Source: Gammaproteobacteria bacterium (GTDB lineage: Bacteria > Pseudomonadota > Gammaproteobacteria > Eutrophobiales > Eutrophobiaceae). From it: DNA of 64,000 nt. The stretch is from NCBI GenBank assembly GCA_965221695.1, contig OZ244905.1:3136001-3200000 (forward strand), given 5' to 3'. This document shows, piece by piece, positions 21,891 to 33,107 of this stretch. How positions within the stretch are numbered: position 1 is the stretch's first letter; every line of letters begins with the position of its first letter. Made by a program: the position numbers and the translations under genes. Under the pieces are notes generated by a model. That model was not told the DNA's origin and did no database searches. It saw only the letters and a program-made list of their open reading frames with translations.

Positions 21891-22736
21891 ATGAGACTCA
21901 CAGGCAATGAATTCAGGCGCTGGGAGCATAAGTCCGTGACGCTCCTGGGCATGTCCGGGGTGGGCAAGACCACCCTGGCCAGGAAACTGCGGCGCCACAA
22001 CTGGTTCCACTATTCGGGCGATTACCGCATCGGCACCCGCTACCTTAATGAGGCCATCCTCGATAACATTAAGCACCATGTGATGCAGATCCCGTTTACC
22101 CGGGAGTTGCTGCGATCCGATTCGATCTATATCACCACCAACCTGGACATCGACAACCTGAAGCCACTGTCGAGTTTTCTGGGCAAACTGGGCAACCCGG
22201 AGCAAGGTGGCCTCGACCTGACGGAATTCAAACGCCGCCAGGCATTGCATCGGGTTGCCGAGGTCAATGCGATGAACGACGTGCCGGAATTCATGCAGAG
22301 GGCTCGTGAAGTCTACGGTTATGCCCATTTCGTCAATGATGCCGGCGGCAGCCTGTGCGAGCTGGACGATAACGTGATCGCGATGCTGGCACAGCATACC
22401 CTGGTGCTGTATATGCAGGCCACGGCCGCGGATGAAAAGGAACTGATGGCGCGTGCGGAGCAGGACCCCAAGCCGTTGTATTACCAGGAGGACTTCCTGG
22501 ATGAGCAACTGGCCGGTTACATGCGGGAACGGGACCAGGATTATATCGCGCTGATAGAACCCGACGATTTTGTCAGGTGGGTGTTCCCGAGGCTGTTCCG
22601 CGCCCGTATTCCGCGCTATGAGCAGATTGCCGCGAAGTATGGCTATACCGTTGCCAGCGATGAAGTGCTCGGCCTCGAGTCCGAACAGGATTTCGTCGAT
22701 GTCATCGCCGGTGTACTCGACCGGCAGGGAGTCTGA
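21891..22736 (+). CDS. P-loop ATPase/kinase-like protein of unknown function
   Basis: Walker A GMSGVGKTT; DYRIGTRY, DAGGS.CE, PKPLYY; upstream of metA. Confidence 0.75.
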   Translation: MRLTGNEFRRWEHKSVTLLGMSGVGKTTLARKLRRHNWFHYSGDYRIGTRYLNEAILDNIKHHVMQIPFTRELLRSDSIYITTNLDIDNLKPLSSFLGKLGNPEQGGLDLTEFKRRQALHRVAEVNAMNDVPEFMQRAREVYGYAHFVNDAGGSLCELDDNVIAMLAQHTLVLYMQATAADEKELMARAEQDPKPLYYQEDFLDEQLAGYMRERDQDYIALIEPDDFVRWVFPRLFRARIPRYEQIAAKYGYTVASDEVLGLESEQDFVDVIAGVLDRQGV

Positions 22737-22801
22737 AAAATGTGCAGTAATGCGCTGATAACGAACAACTACCAGACCGCAGCCGACGGTCCGGCTCGAT
22801 C

Positions 22802-23815
22802 ATGCCGCTGGTAGCAAACACCGACCTGCCCAGTTTTGCGCGTTTGCAGAGCGAAGGCAGTCTTGTGATTCCCCGGGATACGGCGCTGAGCCAGGAAGTG
22901 CGCGAGTTGCATATCGGCCTGCTGAATATGATGCCGGACAAGGCCCTGGAGGCTACGGAAAGGCAGTTCTTTCGGCTGGTCGGTGAAAGCAACCAGATAG
23001 CGAGGTTTTACCTGCACCCGTTTACCCTGGAGCAACTGCAGCGCAGCCGCCAAGGTCGCGAGCATGTGAACAGGTATTACAAGCGTTTTGAGCAAATCCA
23101 ATCCGACGGCCTGGATGCGTTAATCATCACCGGCGCCAATGTCGTCGAGCCTGAGCTGGACCGGCAGGAGTTCTGGGACCCGCTGATCGAGGTGGTCGAC
23201 TGGGCCTGTGGGAATGTCACATCCATATTATGTTCCTGCCTGGCCACGCACGCGGTGTTGCAGTTCCGTTATCGGCAACGCCGGGTCGCCCTGCCCGAGA
23301 AGTGCTGGGGTATTTATTCACACCGGGTCATGGACCGGTCGCATCCGCTGGTGGCCGGTATGAACACCCGCTTTGACGTGCCCCATTCCCGCTTCAATGC
23401 GGTGACGCCGGAGCAGTTCGCCGCGGCCGGCCTGAAGGTGCTGGCGCAGAGCGGCGAGGTTGGTGTCCACCTTGCCGTCAGTGAGGATGGGTTGCGCCTG
23501 GTATTTTTCCAGGGGCATCCCGAGTATGACGCGAACAGCTTGCTCAAGGAATACAAGCGTGAGGTCTTGCGTTATTTCTCCGCGGAGGTGGACACCTATC
23601 CGCCGTTCCCCGAGAATTATTTCAGCATGCAGACCCGGGCGATACTGGAGGAGTACCGGGATCGCGTGGCCACGGCCAGGGAAACCGGCGGCGACCTGCC
23701 GCTGTTCCCGGAGGAGCTAATCAGCCCCGGCCTGGACAACACCTGGCATGACAGCGCCGAGTCCGTGATCAATAACTGGATCGGGCAGGTCTACCGTTTG
23801 ACCCACTCTGGTTAA
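22802..23815 (+). CDS. metA: Homoserine O-succinyl/acetyltransferase (MetA family)
   Basis: IGLLNMMP, IITGA, catalytic Cys (SCLATHA), PHSR, QGHPEY. Confidence 0.9.
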   Translation: MPLVANTDLPSFARLQSEGSLVIPRDTALSQEVRELHIGLLNMMPDKALEATERQFFRLVGESNQIARFYLHPFTLEQLQRSRQGREHVNRYYKRFEQIQSDGLDALIITGANVVEPELDRQEFWDPLIEVVDWACGNVTSILCSCLATHAVLQFRYRQRRVALPEKCWGIYSHRVMDRSHPLVAGMNTRFDVPHSRFNAVTPEQFAAAGLKVLAQSGEVGVHLAVSEDGLRLVFFQGHPEYDANSLLKEYKREVLRYFSAEVDTYPPFPENYFSMQTRAILEEYRDRVATARETGGDLPLFPEELISPGLDNTWHDSAESVINNWIGQVYRLTHSG

Positions 23816-24163
23816 TCATTCAGCTTCTTTTTTCGAGCGGGTAGTACGGCGCCGTCGCGCCCTGGGTTTTGGCGCAGGCGCGGTCTCAGCCGCGGCCTGT
23901 TCCGGCCAGGGGCTGAAGGGGAACGGCCTGTCATCCGACTGGAAGGTCGCATAACCCAGGATCTGGGAGATGTAACGCAACAGGCCACCGCCGAAATCGG
24001 CAAGTTGCCGGTTCAGGTTACCTGTGAGCAGCTTAGTCACAAATTGGAAAACCACCAGCAGCGACACAAGAATGATCGCAAAATAAAAGATGCAGGCGAA
24101 AATGAGGATAAACAGGCCGCGCAGCCATATGTCCGGATTTTTTACATTTTCTTTTACGCTCAC
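23816..24163 (-). CDS. DUF4389-like small membrane protein
   Basis: W.RGL....F, QF...L.TG..N..L..FG, Y.TF..D.RPFPF..WP. Confidence 0.75.
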   Translation of the reverse strand: MSVKENVKNPDIWLRGLFILIFACIFYFAIILVSLLVVFQFVTKLLTGNLNRQLADFGGGLLRYISQILGYATFQSDDRPFPFSPWPEQAAAETAPAPKPRARRRRTTRSKKEAE

Positions 24164-24233
24164 TGGAATTCTCCTGATTACGAATTACCATTTACGACAG
24201 TATAACTCATAATTTGGTTCCCGCAGAGGTCCT

Positions 24234-26027
24234 TCAGTCAAGACTGAATGTCAGTATCTCGTCGCCGGTCTCATAGCCGAACAGGGAATTTCCGCCCGCG
24301 GCGACGGTAATGTACTGTTTGCCGTTCACCATGTAGCTGACCGGTGGCGCGTTCACGCCGTACTTACTCGTGTACTCCCACAGCGGCGCGCCGCTATGGG
24401 CGTGATAGGCGACGAAACGGCCGTTGCCCTCACCGGCGAACACCAGGTCGCCGGCGGTGGCCAGCGCGCCGCCGACCATCGGCCGTTCCACTTTTCGCTG
24501 CCATTTCAGTTTGCCGGATACGACATCAATCGCGCTGAGCACGCCCCAATCCGGCTCATCCGCCTTCTTGAAAAACGTGAAGCTCTGCCAGGGCGCGCCC
24601 GGCTTAGGTTCCAGTTTCCTGGAAAAGAACAGGGAAGGCTGGTAAATGCCCGGAATATAAACCTGTTGCAGTCCGGGATGGTAAGCCACCGGAGACCAGG
24701 ATACCGCGCCCAGGGTGCCGGGCACGATGCGCACGCCTTGCTCTGTCGGCCGCGCGAACAGGTTTTCCGGCTTGATGAAAGGTTCGCTGCGCCGGATCAA
24801 CCTGCCGGTGAGCCGGTCATGGATAAAGAACCAGCCGAGCTTGCTCGCCTGGCCGACCACCTTGACCGTCTTTCCATCTTCGACCAGGTCGAACAGTACC
24901 GGCGGGCTGGCCACATCATAGCCCCAGCGGTCATGGGGCGCCTGCTGGTAATGCCAGCGCAATTTGCCCGTGTCCGCTTCCAGCGCGACCAGGCTGACGG
25001 TGTACAGGTTGTCGCCGGGCCGGGTGCTGTCGTCCATCTGCGGTGACGGGTTACCGGTGCCGATATAGACCAGGCCCAGTTCCGGGTCGATGGCGGGGGT
25101 GGTGTAGATTGAACCGCCCCCGTAGCGCCAGGTGTCGGCATAGGTCTTGTTGGCGCGCCGCTCTGCTCTCAGGTCCCGGTTCAACGGCACACCGTAACGG
25201 GTTTCCCTGCGCCAATTGCCCTGCCAGCCGGTTTCCGGCGTGCTGTACCAGCGCCAGATCTCCGCCCCTGTTTCCGTATCGTAGGCGACGATGAAGCCCC
25301 GTAACCCATGCCCGCCGCCGGACAGGCCGCCCACCGACAATACCTGCTTGCCATCCTCTTCCAGGTCCATATGCAGGCCGTAACCGGCGCCGGAAATACC
25401 CACCAGCACTTTACCGGCAAATACCTGTGGCGCCAGGTTGGCGGTGTACCCGGTCTGCCCCGATTGTGTTGCGCCTTTCAGTTCATCCACACCCAGCAAC
25501 GGGTCGAGGCGTTCCGCCTTGCCGGCATCGGTATCCGTGATGGCTGTCTCCCACAGCGCCTTCCCTGTGTTTCGGTCCAGCGCTATCAACCTGGCATCGA
25601 TAGTGACGGTGAATACCTTGTTTGCGTTCAGCGCCGGGCCGCGGTTGGCGGGGCCGCAGCAGAAGGTCCTGTCTTTCGGTAGGTTATGCCGATAACGCCA
25701 CAACACTTTCCCCGTGCGCGCGCGCAGGGCTATCACGTCGTTATAAGGGGTGGTGATGTACATGGTTCCAGCCCGTACGATGGGCGAGGTCTGGAACGAT
25801 CCGACCTTGCCGGTCTGGTATCGCCAGGCCAGTCGCAGGCGTTCCACGTTGCCGGCATTCACCTGGGACAGGGGGCTGAAACGCTGGTTGTCAAAGGTGC
25901 GCCCGTACAGCGGCCAGTCACTGTTGTCGGTGAGTATCACGGCCGCGCCGGCAGGTTGAGCGACGAGGCACCACAGCGCTGCCGCCAGCCCGCAATAACA
26001 GCGGATTCCATTGATTAACGCCTGCAT
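24234..26027 (-). CDS. Secreted PQQ-dependent dehydrogenase-like beta-propeller with non-canonical active site
   Basis: Signal peptide, W..YG.....QRFSPL.Q, vicinal CC (FCCGPANRG), TGNP, PHDRWGYD, Trp-docking repeats. Confidence 0.85.
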   Translation of the reverse strand: MQALINGIRCYCGLAAALWCLVAQPAGAAVILTDNSDWPLYGRTFDNQRFSPLSQVNAGNVERLRLAWRYQTGKVGSFQTSPIVRAGTMYITTPYNDVIALRARTGKVLWRYRHNLPKDRTFCCGPANRGPALNANKVFTVTIDARLIALDRNTGKALWETAITDTDAGKAERLDPLLGVDELKGATQSGQTGYTANLAPQVFAGKVLVGISGAGYGLHMDLEEDGKQVLSVGGLSGGGHGLRGFIVAYDTETGAEIWRWYSTPETGWQGNWRRETRYGVPLNRDLRAERRANKTYADTWRYGGGSIYTTPAIDPELGLVYIGTGNPSPQMDDSTRPGDNLYTVSLVALEADTGKLRWHYQQAPHDRWGYDVASPPVLFDLVEDGKTVKVVGQASKLGWFFIHDRLTGRLIRRSEPFIKPENLFARPTEQGVRIVPGTLGAVSWSPVAYHPGLQQVYIPGIYQPSLFFSRKLEPKPGAPWQSFTFFKKADEPDWGVLSAIDVVSGKLKWQRKVERPMVGGALATAGDLVFAGEGNGRFVAYHAHSGAPLWEYTSKYGVNAPPVSYMVNGKQYITVAAGGNSLFGYETGDEILTFSLD

Positions 26028-26048
26028 TTTTTTCTCCACGTGAATGGG

Positions 26049-26099
26049 TGCGATATTCGGGTCAGCCCGAATATCTCACCAATTGATGCGATATTCGGG
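26049..26099. repeat. Minimal family B element(s)
   Basis: cccgaatatctcaccaatt (perfect family B TIR, 26066-26084) closed by gcgatattcggg, preceded by a second gcgatattcggg end. Confidence 0.7.
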
Positions 26100-26185
26100 T
26101 TTGAGATCATATTTGAACTTGCGCGCAAGCTCAAACACGAGTCTGGGGTGTCTGCACGGTATTGCGTTGGCGCCATGCTTTAACA

Positions 26186-26764
26186 TCAGCAGGTGATAAC
26201 CCGTCTCTCCGTAATAATCTTCTGCACCCGCATGTCTGAAGAGGTGGTGGGCAAGTCTTCCACGAGCTGGCATTCATAACACAGCGCCACCCGCGCGCTC
26301 CCGGGGTGCGCGGCGAACCACCGGTCGTAATAGCCTCTGCCGTAACCGATGCGCCTGCCGTCCGCGGTAAAACCCAGGCCCGGGGTGATGCACAGGTCCG
26401 CCTCTCCGGACCATTCCCTGTCCGTATCCGGCGTGAGTATGCCCAGTTGTCCGACCCGCAACCTGTCCCAGCCTTCGAATGCGACGGCGATCATGGTTTC
26501 GCGATTGAGTATTCTCGGGATCAGTACTGTTTTGCCCGCTCGCCGCAGGCGATCGATGATACTGCGGGTATCCACTTCCTGGTCCGCCGACACGTAAGTG
26601 AAAACCGTGGCTGCCTGATCGGTCTGCTGCAGCAGGCGTGTGCGAATGGCCCGGTCGTATTCGGGCTGCAGCCGCTCCGGCACACGGCGTTGTTGTTTCA
26701 GGTATGTACGCAGGCGCGCTTTCTGTTGCGCGGGTGTGGTCTCGTCTTTAACCGGGGGGGGCAT
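26186..26764 (-). CDS. ygfA: 5-formyltetrahydrofolate cyclo-ligase
   Basis: K..LR, EVDT, PGLGF...G.RIGYG.GYYDR, D......ITE. Confidence 0.9.
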   Translation of the reverse strand: MPPPVKDETTPAQQKARLRTYLKQQRRVPERLQPEYDRAIRTRLLQQTDQAATVFTYVSADQEVDTRSIIDRLRRAGKTVLIPRILNRETMIAVAFEGWDRLRVGQLGILTPDTDREWSGEADLCITPGLGFTADGRRIGYGRGYYDRWFAAHPGSARVALCYECQLVEDLPTTSSDMRVQKIITERRVITC

Positions 26765-26888
26765 ATTCAATCAGGAGTGCGACAATTTTGTGAGATTAAG
26801 GTTATTTTACACCTGCCCGATATTCCCTGAAGTCATCGAAACGGTTGCTGCGGATGGCGTTGGCGCCGTTGATTGAATCAACGGTATT

Positions 26889-26916
26889 TTGTTTTTTTGT
26901 AAAAACATAATACAAT
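26889..26916 (+). promoter_or_regulatory. Putative sigma70 promoter for the rpsP operon
   Basis: TTGTTT-16 nt-TACAAT in AT-rich spacer. Confidence 0.4.
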
Positions 26917-26962
26917 AGTGCACTTTTTCAGCAGAGAACTAAAGCCGGTACAAGGTGAGTAT

Positions 26963-27223
26963 ATGGTTACAATACGATTGGCTCGGGCAGGCGCAAAGAA
27001 AAGACCTTTTTATCACATAGTTGCCGCAGATTCACGCAGTCCGCGTGACGGCAGGTATATTGAAAGACTGGGTTTCTTCAACCCGATCGCGAGCGGCCGG
27101 GAGCAGAAACTTAAACTGGAACAGGCGCGCATAGACTACTGGCTGTCCCAGGGGGCGCAGCCCTCTGAACGCGTGGTCCGACTGATAAAGAACAACGCCG
27201 GAAGCGAAGCCGGTAGCGGTTGA
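26963..27223 (+). CDS. rpsP: 30S ribosomal protein S16
   Basis: [23 protein letters not shown]. Confidence 0.97.
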   Translation: MVTIRLARAGAKKRPFYHIVAADSRSPRDGRYIERLGFFNPIASGREQKLKLEQARIDYWLSQGAQPSERVVRLIKNNAGSEAGSG

Positions 27224-27228
27224 GGCCG

Positions 27229-27765
27229 ATGCCGGCGCAGGCTGGCAACAAGCCGGGCAGACGGATAATCCTCGGCCGGATATCAGGCATACACGGGGTA
27301 CGCGGCTGGCTTAAGGTCTTCTCCTACACGGACCCCAGGGAAAACATCTTTTTGTATCAACCCTGGTTGCTGGCGCAGGGTGGGGAGGAGGATGGCACGG
27401 CCTGGACCGAGATCGAGTTTGCCGATTGCGGGACCAGCGGCAAGACCCTGATGGCTAAATTTCCGGGAATTGAAGACAGGGAAAGCGCATATCAATTTGT
27501 CGGCCGATCATTGGCGGTGTATCGCGATCGGTTGCCGGCGCCGGAACCGGGTGAATATTACTGGACGGACTTGATGAACATGGAAGTTGTGGCGCTGACC
27601 GGGGAACGCCTGGGAAGGGTTGCCGATATCCATGCAACCGGCGCCAACGATGTGCTGATCGTGCAGGGTAACAGGCGCCTTACCATTCCGTTCGTCATGG
27701 ACGAGGTCATCCGGCAGGTGGACCTGGAGGCGTCCCTGATCACGGTGGACTGGGAATGGGATTGA
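27229..27765 (+). CDS. rimM: Ribosome maturation factor RimM
   Basis: [26 protein letters not shown]. Confidence 0.95.
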   Translation: MPAQAGNKPGRRIILGRISGIHGVRGWLKVFSYTDPRENIFLYQPWLLAQGGEEDGTAWTEIEFADCGTSGKTLMAKFPGIEDRESAYQFVGRSLAVYRDRLPAPEPGEYYWTDLMNMEVVALTGERLGRVADIHATGANDVLIVQGNRRLTIPFVMDEVIRQVDLEASLITVDWEWD

Positions 27766-28511
27766 AGGTAACTGTGGTTACGCTGTTTCCGGAGATGTTT
27801 GCCGCAGTCAGTGACTATGGTGTGACCGGAAAAGCCAGCGGTTCCGGATTGCTGCGGATCAACACGATCAATCCGCGCGATTATGCGACAGACCGACACC
27901 GCAGTGTAGATGACAGGCCTTATGGCGGCGGGCCTGGCATGGTCATGCTGGCGCAGCCGCTGCTGGCGGCCATAGACGACGCTAAGCGGGCTTTGCCCGG
28001 CGCCGCGGTGTGTTACCTGTCTCCGCAGGGGCGGCAACTCAGACAACAGGACGTGATGGAATTTGCGCGTAGGGACTCGTTCATCCTGGTTGCCGGCCGT
28101 TATGAAGGCGTTGATGAACGGGTTATCGAGTTGGAAGTTGACGAGGAGTGGTCCATCGGAGATTACGTGCTCAGCGGTGGCGAACTGCCGGCCATGGTAC
28201 TGATAGATGCGGTAGCCAGATGCCTGCCCGGCGCACTGGGGAACGAGGAGTCCGCGGCGGCGGATTCTTTTTTCAGGGGGCTGTTGGATTGTCCCCATTA
28301 CACCAGGCCCGAGGTCGTGGCCGGCAAGTCGGCGCCGCCGGTATTGTTGAGCGGCGACCATGAAAAAATACGCAAATGGCGCCTGAAACAGGCGCTGGGA
28401 CGAACCTGGAAACGGCGTCCCGACCTGTTGCGGACGCCGGAGTTGGATGCCGAGCAACAGGCGCTGCTGGATGAATACATCATCGAAGAACAGGATAACG
28501 ATAACGTTTGA
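27756..28511 (+). CDS. trmD: tRNA (guanine37-N1)-methyltransferase
   Basis: [33 protein letters not shown]. Confidence 0.97.
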   Translation: MGLKVTVVTLFPEMFAAVSDYGVTGKASGSGLLRINTINPRDYATDRHRSVDDRPYGGGPGMVMLAQPLLAAIDDAKRALPGAAVCYLSPQGRQLRQQDVMEFARRDSFILVAGRYEGVDERVIELEVDEEWSIGDYVLSGGELPAMVLIDAVARCLPGALGNEESAAADSFFRGLLDCPHYTRPEVVAGKSAPPVLLSGDHEKIRKWRLKQALGRTWKRRPDLLRTPELDAEQQALLDEYIIEEQDNDNV

Positions 28512-28529
28512 GTAAAGAGGTTTTGAACC

Positions 28530-28886
28530 ATGGCGAATATTATTGAACAGCTCGAAGCCGAGCAATGCGACCGGGAAATACCGGAGTTTAATCCCGGCGA
28601 CACCGTTATCGTACAGGTCAAGGTGGTGGAAGGTCAGCGCGAACGCTTGCAGGCGTTTGAAGGTACGGTCATCGCCAAGAAAAACCGCGGCCTCAACTCT
28701 TCGTTCACCGTGCGCAAGATTTCCTATGGCGAAGGCGTGGAACGGGTGTTCCAGACCTACAGCCCGAGTATTGCCGGCATTACCGTAAAACGGCGCGGCG
28801 CGGTGCGCAGGGCCAAACTGTATTACATGCGCGACCGGCGCGGCAAGGCAGCCAGGATCAAGGAGAAAATCAAACCCTCATCCTGA
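28530..28886 (+). CDS. rplS: 50S ribosomal protein L19
   Basis: [20 protein letters not shown]. Confidence 0.97.
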   Translation: MANIIEQLEAEQCDREIPEFNPGDTVIVQVKVVEGQRERLQAFEGTVIAKKNRGLNSSFTVRKISYGEGVERVFQTYSPSIAGITVKRRGAVRRAKLYYMRDRRGKAARIKEKIKPSS

Positions 28887-28896
28887 CGAGTAACTA

Positions 28897-29784
28897 ATGC
28901 CTGATAAACAGGCTGTTATTGACCAGTTTCTCGATGCCTTGTGGCTGGAGCGGGGGCTCAGCGAAAATACCCTCAGCGCTTACCGCAGCGACCTTTATTC
29001 CTATTCCGATTGGCTTGCGCCCTCAGCCCGCGGCCTGTTGCACTCGCGGCCCGAGGATGTGCTCGCCTACCTGGCCACGTTAACCGGCAAATCTGCGCGC
29101 ACCAGCGCCAGGCGCCTGTCTTCCCTGCGCCGCTTCTTCCAGTACCAGGCCAGGGAGGGGCAAATTGACGGCGATCCCTGTGCCCACATCGCATCGCCGC
29201 GCATCGGCCGACCATTGCCGAAATCCCTGACCGAGGAGGAGGTTGAGAACCTGCTCGCAGCGCCGGATACCACTACCGCGCTAGGCCAGCGCGACCGGGC
29301 GATGCTGGAGGTGTTGTACGCGACCGGGCTCAGAGTATCGGAACTGGTCAGCCTGCAACTGGGCCAGGTGAATTTGAGACAAGGCGTGTTGCGGGTGATC
29401 GGCAAGGGCAATAAGGAACGCCTGGTACCGCTGGGAGAAGAAGCCTCCGACTGGGTCGAGAAATTTATTCGTCAGGGACGCGCTGAACTGTTGCCGGCAA
29501 CGCCTGTGGACATGTTGTTTCCCAGCCGGCGCGGCCGCGTGATGGCGCGCCAGACCTTCTGGCATGCGATAAAACGCCATGCGACCCGGGCGGGCATCAG
29601 CAAGACACTGTCCCCGCATGTGCTCAGGCATGCATTTGCCACGCACCTGCTGAACCATGGCGCTGATTTGCGCGTGGTGCAACTGCTGCTGGGTCACAGC
29701 AATATATCAACCACGCAGATTTACACCCATGTCGCCAGGGAACGGCTGAAAAACCTGCATGCCGAACACCACCCGCGGGGATGA
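28897..29784 (+). CDS. xerD: Tyrosine recombinase XerD
   Basis: LW.ERGLSENT..AYR.DL, YATGLRVSEL, H.LRHAFATH, LLGH, TQIYTHV, HHPRG; xerD-dsbC synteny. Confidence 0.95.
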   Translation: MPDKQAVIDQFLDALWLERGLSENTLSAYRSDLYSYSDWLAPSARGLLHSRPEDVLAYLATLTGKSARTSARRLSSLRRFFQYQAREGQIDGDPCAHIASPRIGRPLPKSLTEEEVENLLAAPDTTTALGQRDRAMLEVLYATGLRVSELVSLQLGQVNLRQGVLRVIGKGNKERLVPLGEEASDWVEKFIRQGRAELLPATPVDMLFPSRRGRVMARQTFWHAIKRHATRAGISKTLSPHVLRHAFATHLLNHGADLRVVQLLLGHSNISTTQIYTHVARERLKNLHAEHHPRG

Positions 29785-29823
29785 AATACGTTGGACTTTA
29801 GCGTTTTCGGACGTTAGAATCAG

Positions 29824-29856
29824 GGAACCTCTGAGATTAAGTCAGAGCTTTCTTAA
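29824..29856. repeat. Family A palindromic mini-element
   Basis: ggaacctctgagattaagtcagagctttc+ttaa. Confidence 0.65.
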
Positions 29857-29881
29857 GCTTAATTTGACAAGGAGTTGGCAT

Positions 29882-30601
29882 ATGCGATCCAAGTGGCTGC
29901 TGATACTAACCGTTTTCCTGTTTTCTGCCGGTATAAATGCCGATCAGGACCGGGAAGACTTGCTGCGCAAGGCTATTACTGATGTGTTCCCTGATGTGAC
30001 CATCACCCGCATCAAACCGTCGCCGATACCCGGGCTGTATGAAGTCATGCTGGGCACGGAAATAATTTACCTGAGTGAAGACGGTCGCTATATCTTGCAG
30101 GGGGACCTGATTGACCTGGGAAAGCGAGTCAACCTGAGTGAAGAGCAACGCGCCGCGGCCAGGAAACGGGTATTAGCCGGCATCCCTGCATCCGAGACCA
30201 TAGATTTTGTTCCCGAAAACATCCGGCATACGGTATATGTGTTTACCGACATAACCTGCGGCTACTGCCAGCGTTTCCACCGCGACATGGCCGAGTTGAA
30301 CGGCAAGGGTATTGCCGTCAGGTACCTGGCCTTCCCGCGTGCCGGGAGCGGTTCGGACTCTTTCAGCGAGATGGAATCGGTCTGGTGTGCGGCAAACCCG
30401 AATGAAGCAATGACCCTGGCCAAGGGCGGCCGGCCGGTGGCGCCGGCGCATTGCGATAACCCGGTGCAGCGCCAATATGAACTGGGCCAGGGCCTGGGCG
30501 TGCGCGGAACGCCTGCGATCTACCTGGAAAACGGCCAGGCGCTGCCCGGTTACGTCCCGCCTGACACGTTGCTGGAAGCGCTCACCAGCTACGCAGGTTG
30601 A
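29882..30601 (+). CDS. dsbC: Disulfide isomerase DsbC
   Basis: Signal peptide, N-terminal dimerisation region, FTD.TCGYC, AFPR.G, GV.GTP. Confidence 0.92.
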   Translation: MRSKWLLILTVFLFSAGINADQDREDLLRKAITDVFPDVTITRIKPSPIPGLYEVMLGTEIIYLSEDGRYILQGDLIDLGKRVNLSEEQRAAARKRVLAGIPASETIDFVPENIRHTVYVFTDITCGYCQRFHRDMAELNGKGIAVRYLAFPRAGSGSDSFSEMESVWCAANPNEAMTLAKGGRPVAPAHCDNPVQRQYELGQGLGVRGTPAIYLENGQALPGYVPPDTLLEALTSYAG

Positions 30602-30628
30602 TACCCCCTATATCGCGCCAGGCACACC

Positions 30629-30682
30629 CCTTGGAGCGCGGGCGTCCCGCCCGCAGGCAGGCGAGACGCCTGCGATCCCAGG
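30629..30682. repeat. Inverted REP doublet (REPIN-like)
   Basis: Hairpins GCGGGCG-tcc-CGCCCGC and GCAGGCG-aga-CGCCTGC inside ccttggagc...gatcccagg, between convergent genes. Confidence 0.7.
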
Positions 30683-30709
30683 TTGTCGGCGTGGTTATCG
30701 GACGCAGTA

Positions 30710-31462
30710 CTAATTCTGCAGCTCTCCCTGAAGTGATTTGAGCACTGCCACGGTAGCGCTGCCGTCTTTTTCGGTATGCTCGACCTTCACCTGTAAGAAC
30801 GCCAGGTCGGGCGCGCACCAGAATACGGATTTGCGGCTGCTGCCGGGTTTGTGCCGGCGCATTTTTATCGTGTTGAAGTTGCCCAGTGGCGTTTCCACGA
30901 CTTCCTCGCCCAGTTTCTCGAAATTGTAGGTTCTGATACCACCTCCGTCGGCGATGCGGTAGGAGGCAGGGATGCGCCCGTTTTGCAGGTCGTACATGAT
31001 GGCAAGCTGGTAGAGCAGTTTGTCCATCACTTCAGGCTCCAATGGCAGGCGCCAGAAATCGCCGTTGATAGTGTGTTTTATATTGCCGGTTTCGCGATTG
31101 AACTCTATGGAGACCACGCGTTTTTTTCTGTAGCCGGTGCGCGCGTAGCTATAGTAAATCGGTTGCAACTTGCGTTGTTCCAGCGCCAGGCGGCTGGATT
31201 CGACGATATGCAGCTTCTTGAACAACGAGATCAGTCCCACCGTTTTCGTCTCGGAATGGTACTCATAGCTGTTGTCATCCAATCGGGTCAGGCTGCGCAC
31301 GACCTTTGCGGCTCGGGTATTTTTCGCATACAGGGAATATTCCGCCCGGAAGGTAAGCAGGCCGCCGGTGGATTCCGCGCGCGCAAGCTGAGAAGCGAGA
31401 GGCAGGCAGATACACAATACCGTTGTGAATAAGCGGGTAACGCCTGTATAGTTAACCCGCAT
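30710..31462 (-). CDS. DUF3108-like exported protein
   Basis: Signal peptide, beta-rich, D.L.YQL, GEE.V.TP.G.F.T, W.AP.L..L.V. Confidence 0.75.
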   Translation of the reverse strand: MRVNYTGVTRLFTTVLCICLPLASQLARAESTGGLLTFRAEYSLYAKNTRAAKVVRSLTRLDDNSYEYHSETKTVGLISLFKKLHIVESSRLALEQRKLQPIYYSYARTGYRKKRVVSIEFNRETGNIKHTINGDFWRLPLEPEVMDKLLYQLAIMYDLQNGRIPASYRIADGGGIRTYNFEKLGEEVVETPLGNFNTIKMRRHKPGSSRKSVFWCAPDLAFLQVKVEHTEKDGSATVAVLKSLQGELQN

Positions 31463-31661
31463 ACCTGATTGCCGATTGATGCGAAGATTGCGCCGGAATT
31501 TTCCCGCCGGCGGGGAAAAAACAGGCGAGAGCATTGAGTGCAGTGTGCGATGGTAACATGAGAACCAGAATACCATAACTCACAGAGAGCAAACATCTAC
31601 CCGACGACAGCAAACAGGTTGGTGAATAAGTTGACAGTTACAGGCGGGGACTTTTCGGGAC

Positions 31662-33103
<1,442 letters not shown>

Positions 33104-33107
<4 letters not shown>

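Noticed and set aside
26765-26960. 6S RNA (ssrS) expected upstream of ygfA
   Set aside because: No long rod-like complementarity or recognisable 6S sequence, and no zapA; the spacer looks like an ordinary divergent promoter region
28897-29784. Tyrosine recombinase as a phage or island integrase
   Set aside because: Sequence and xerD-dsbC context match chromosomal XerD; no phage genes nearby
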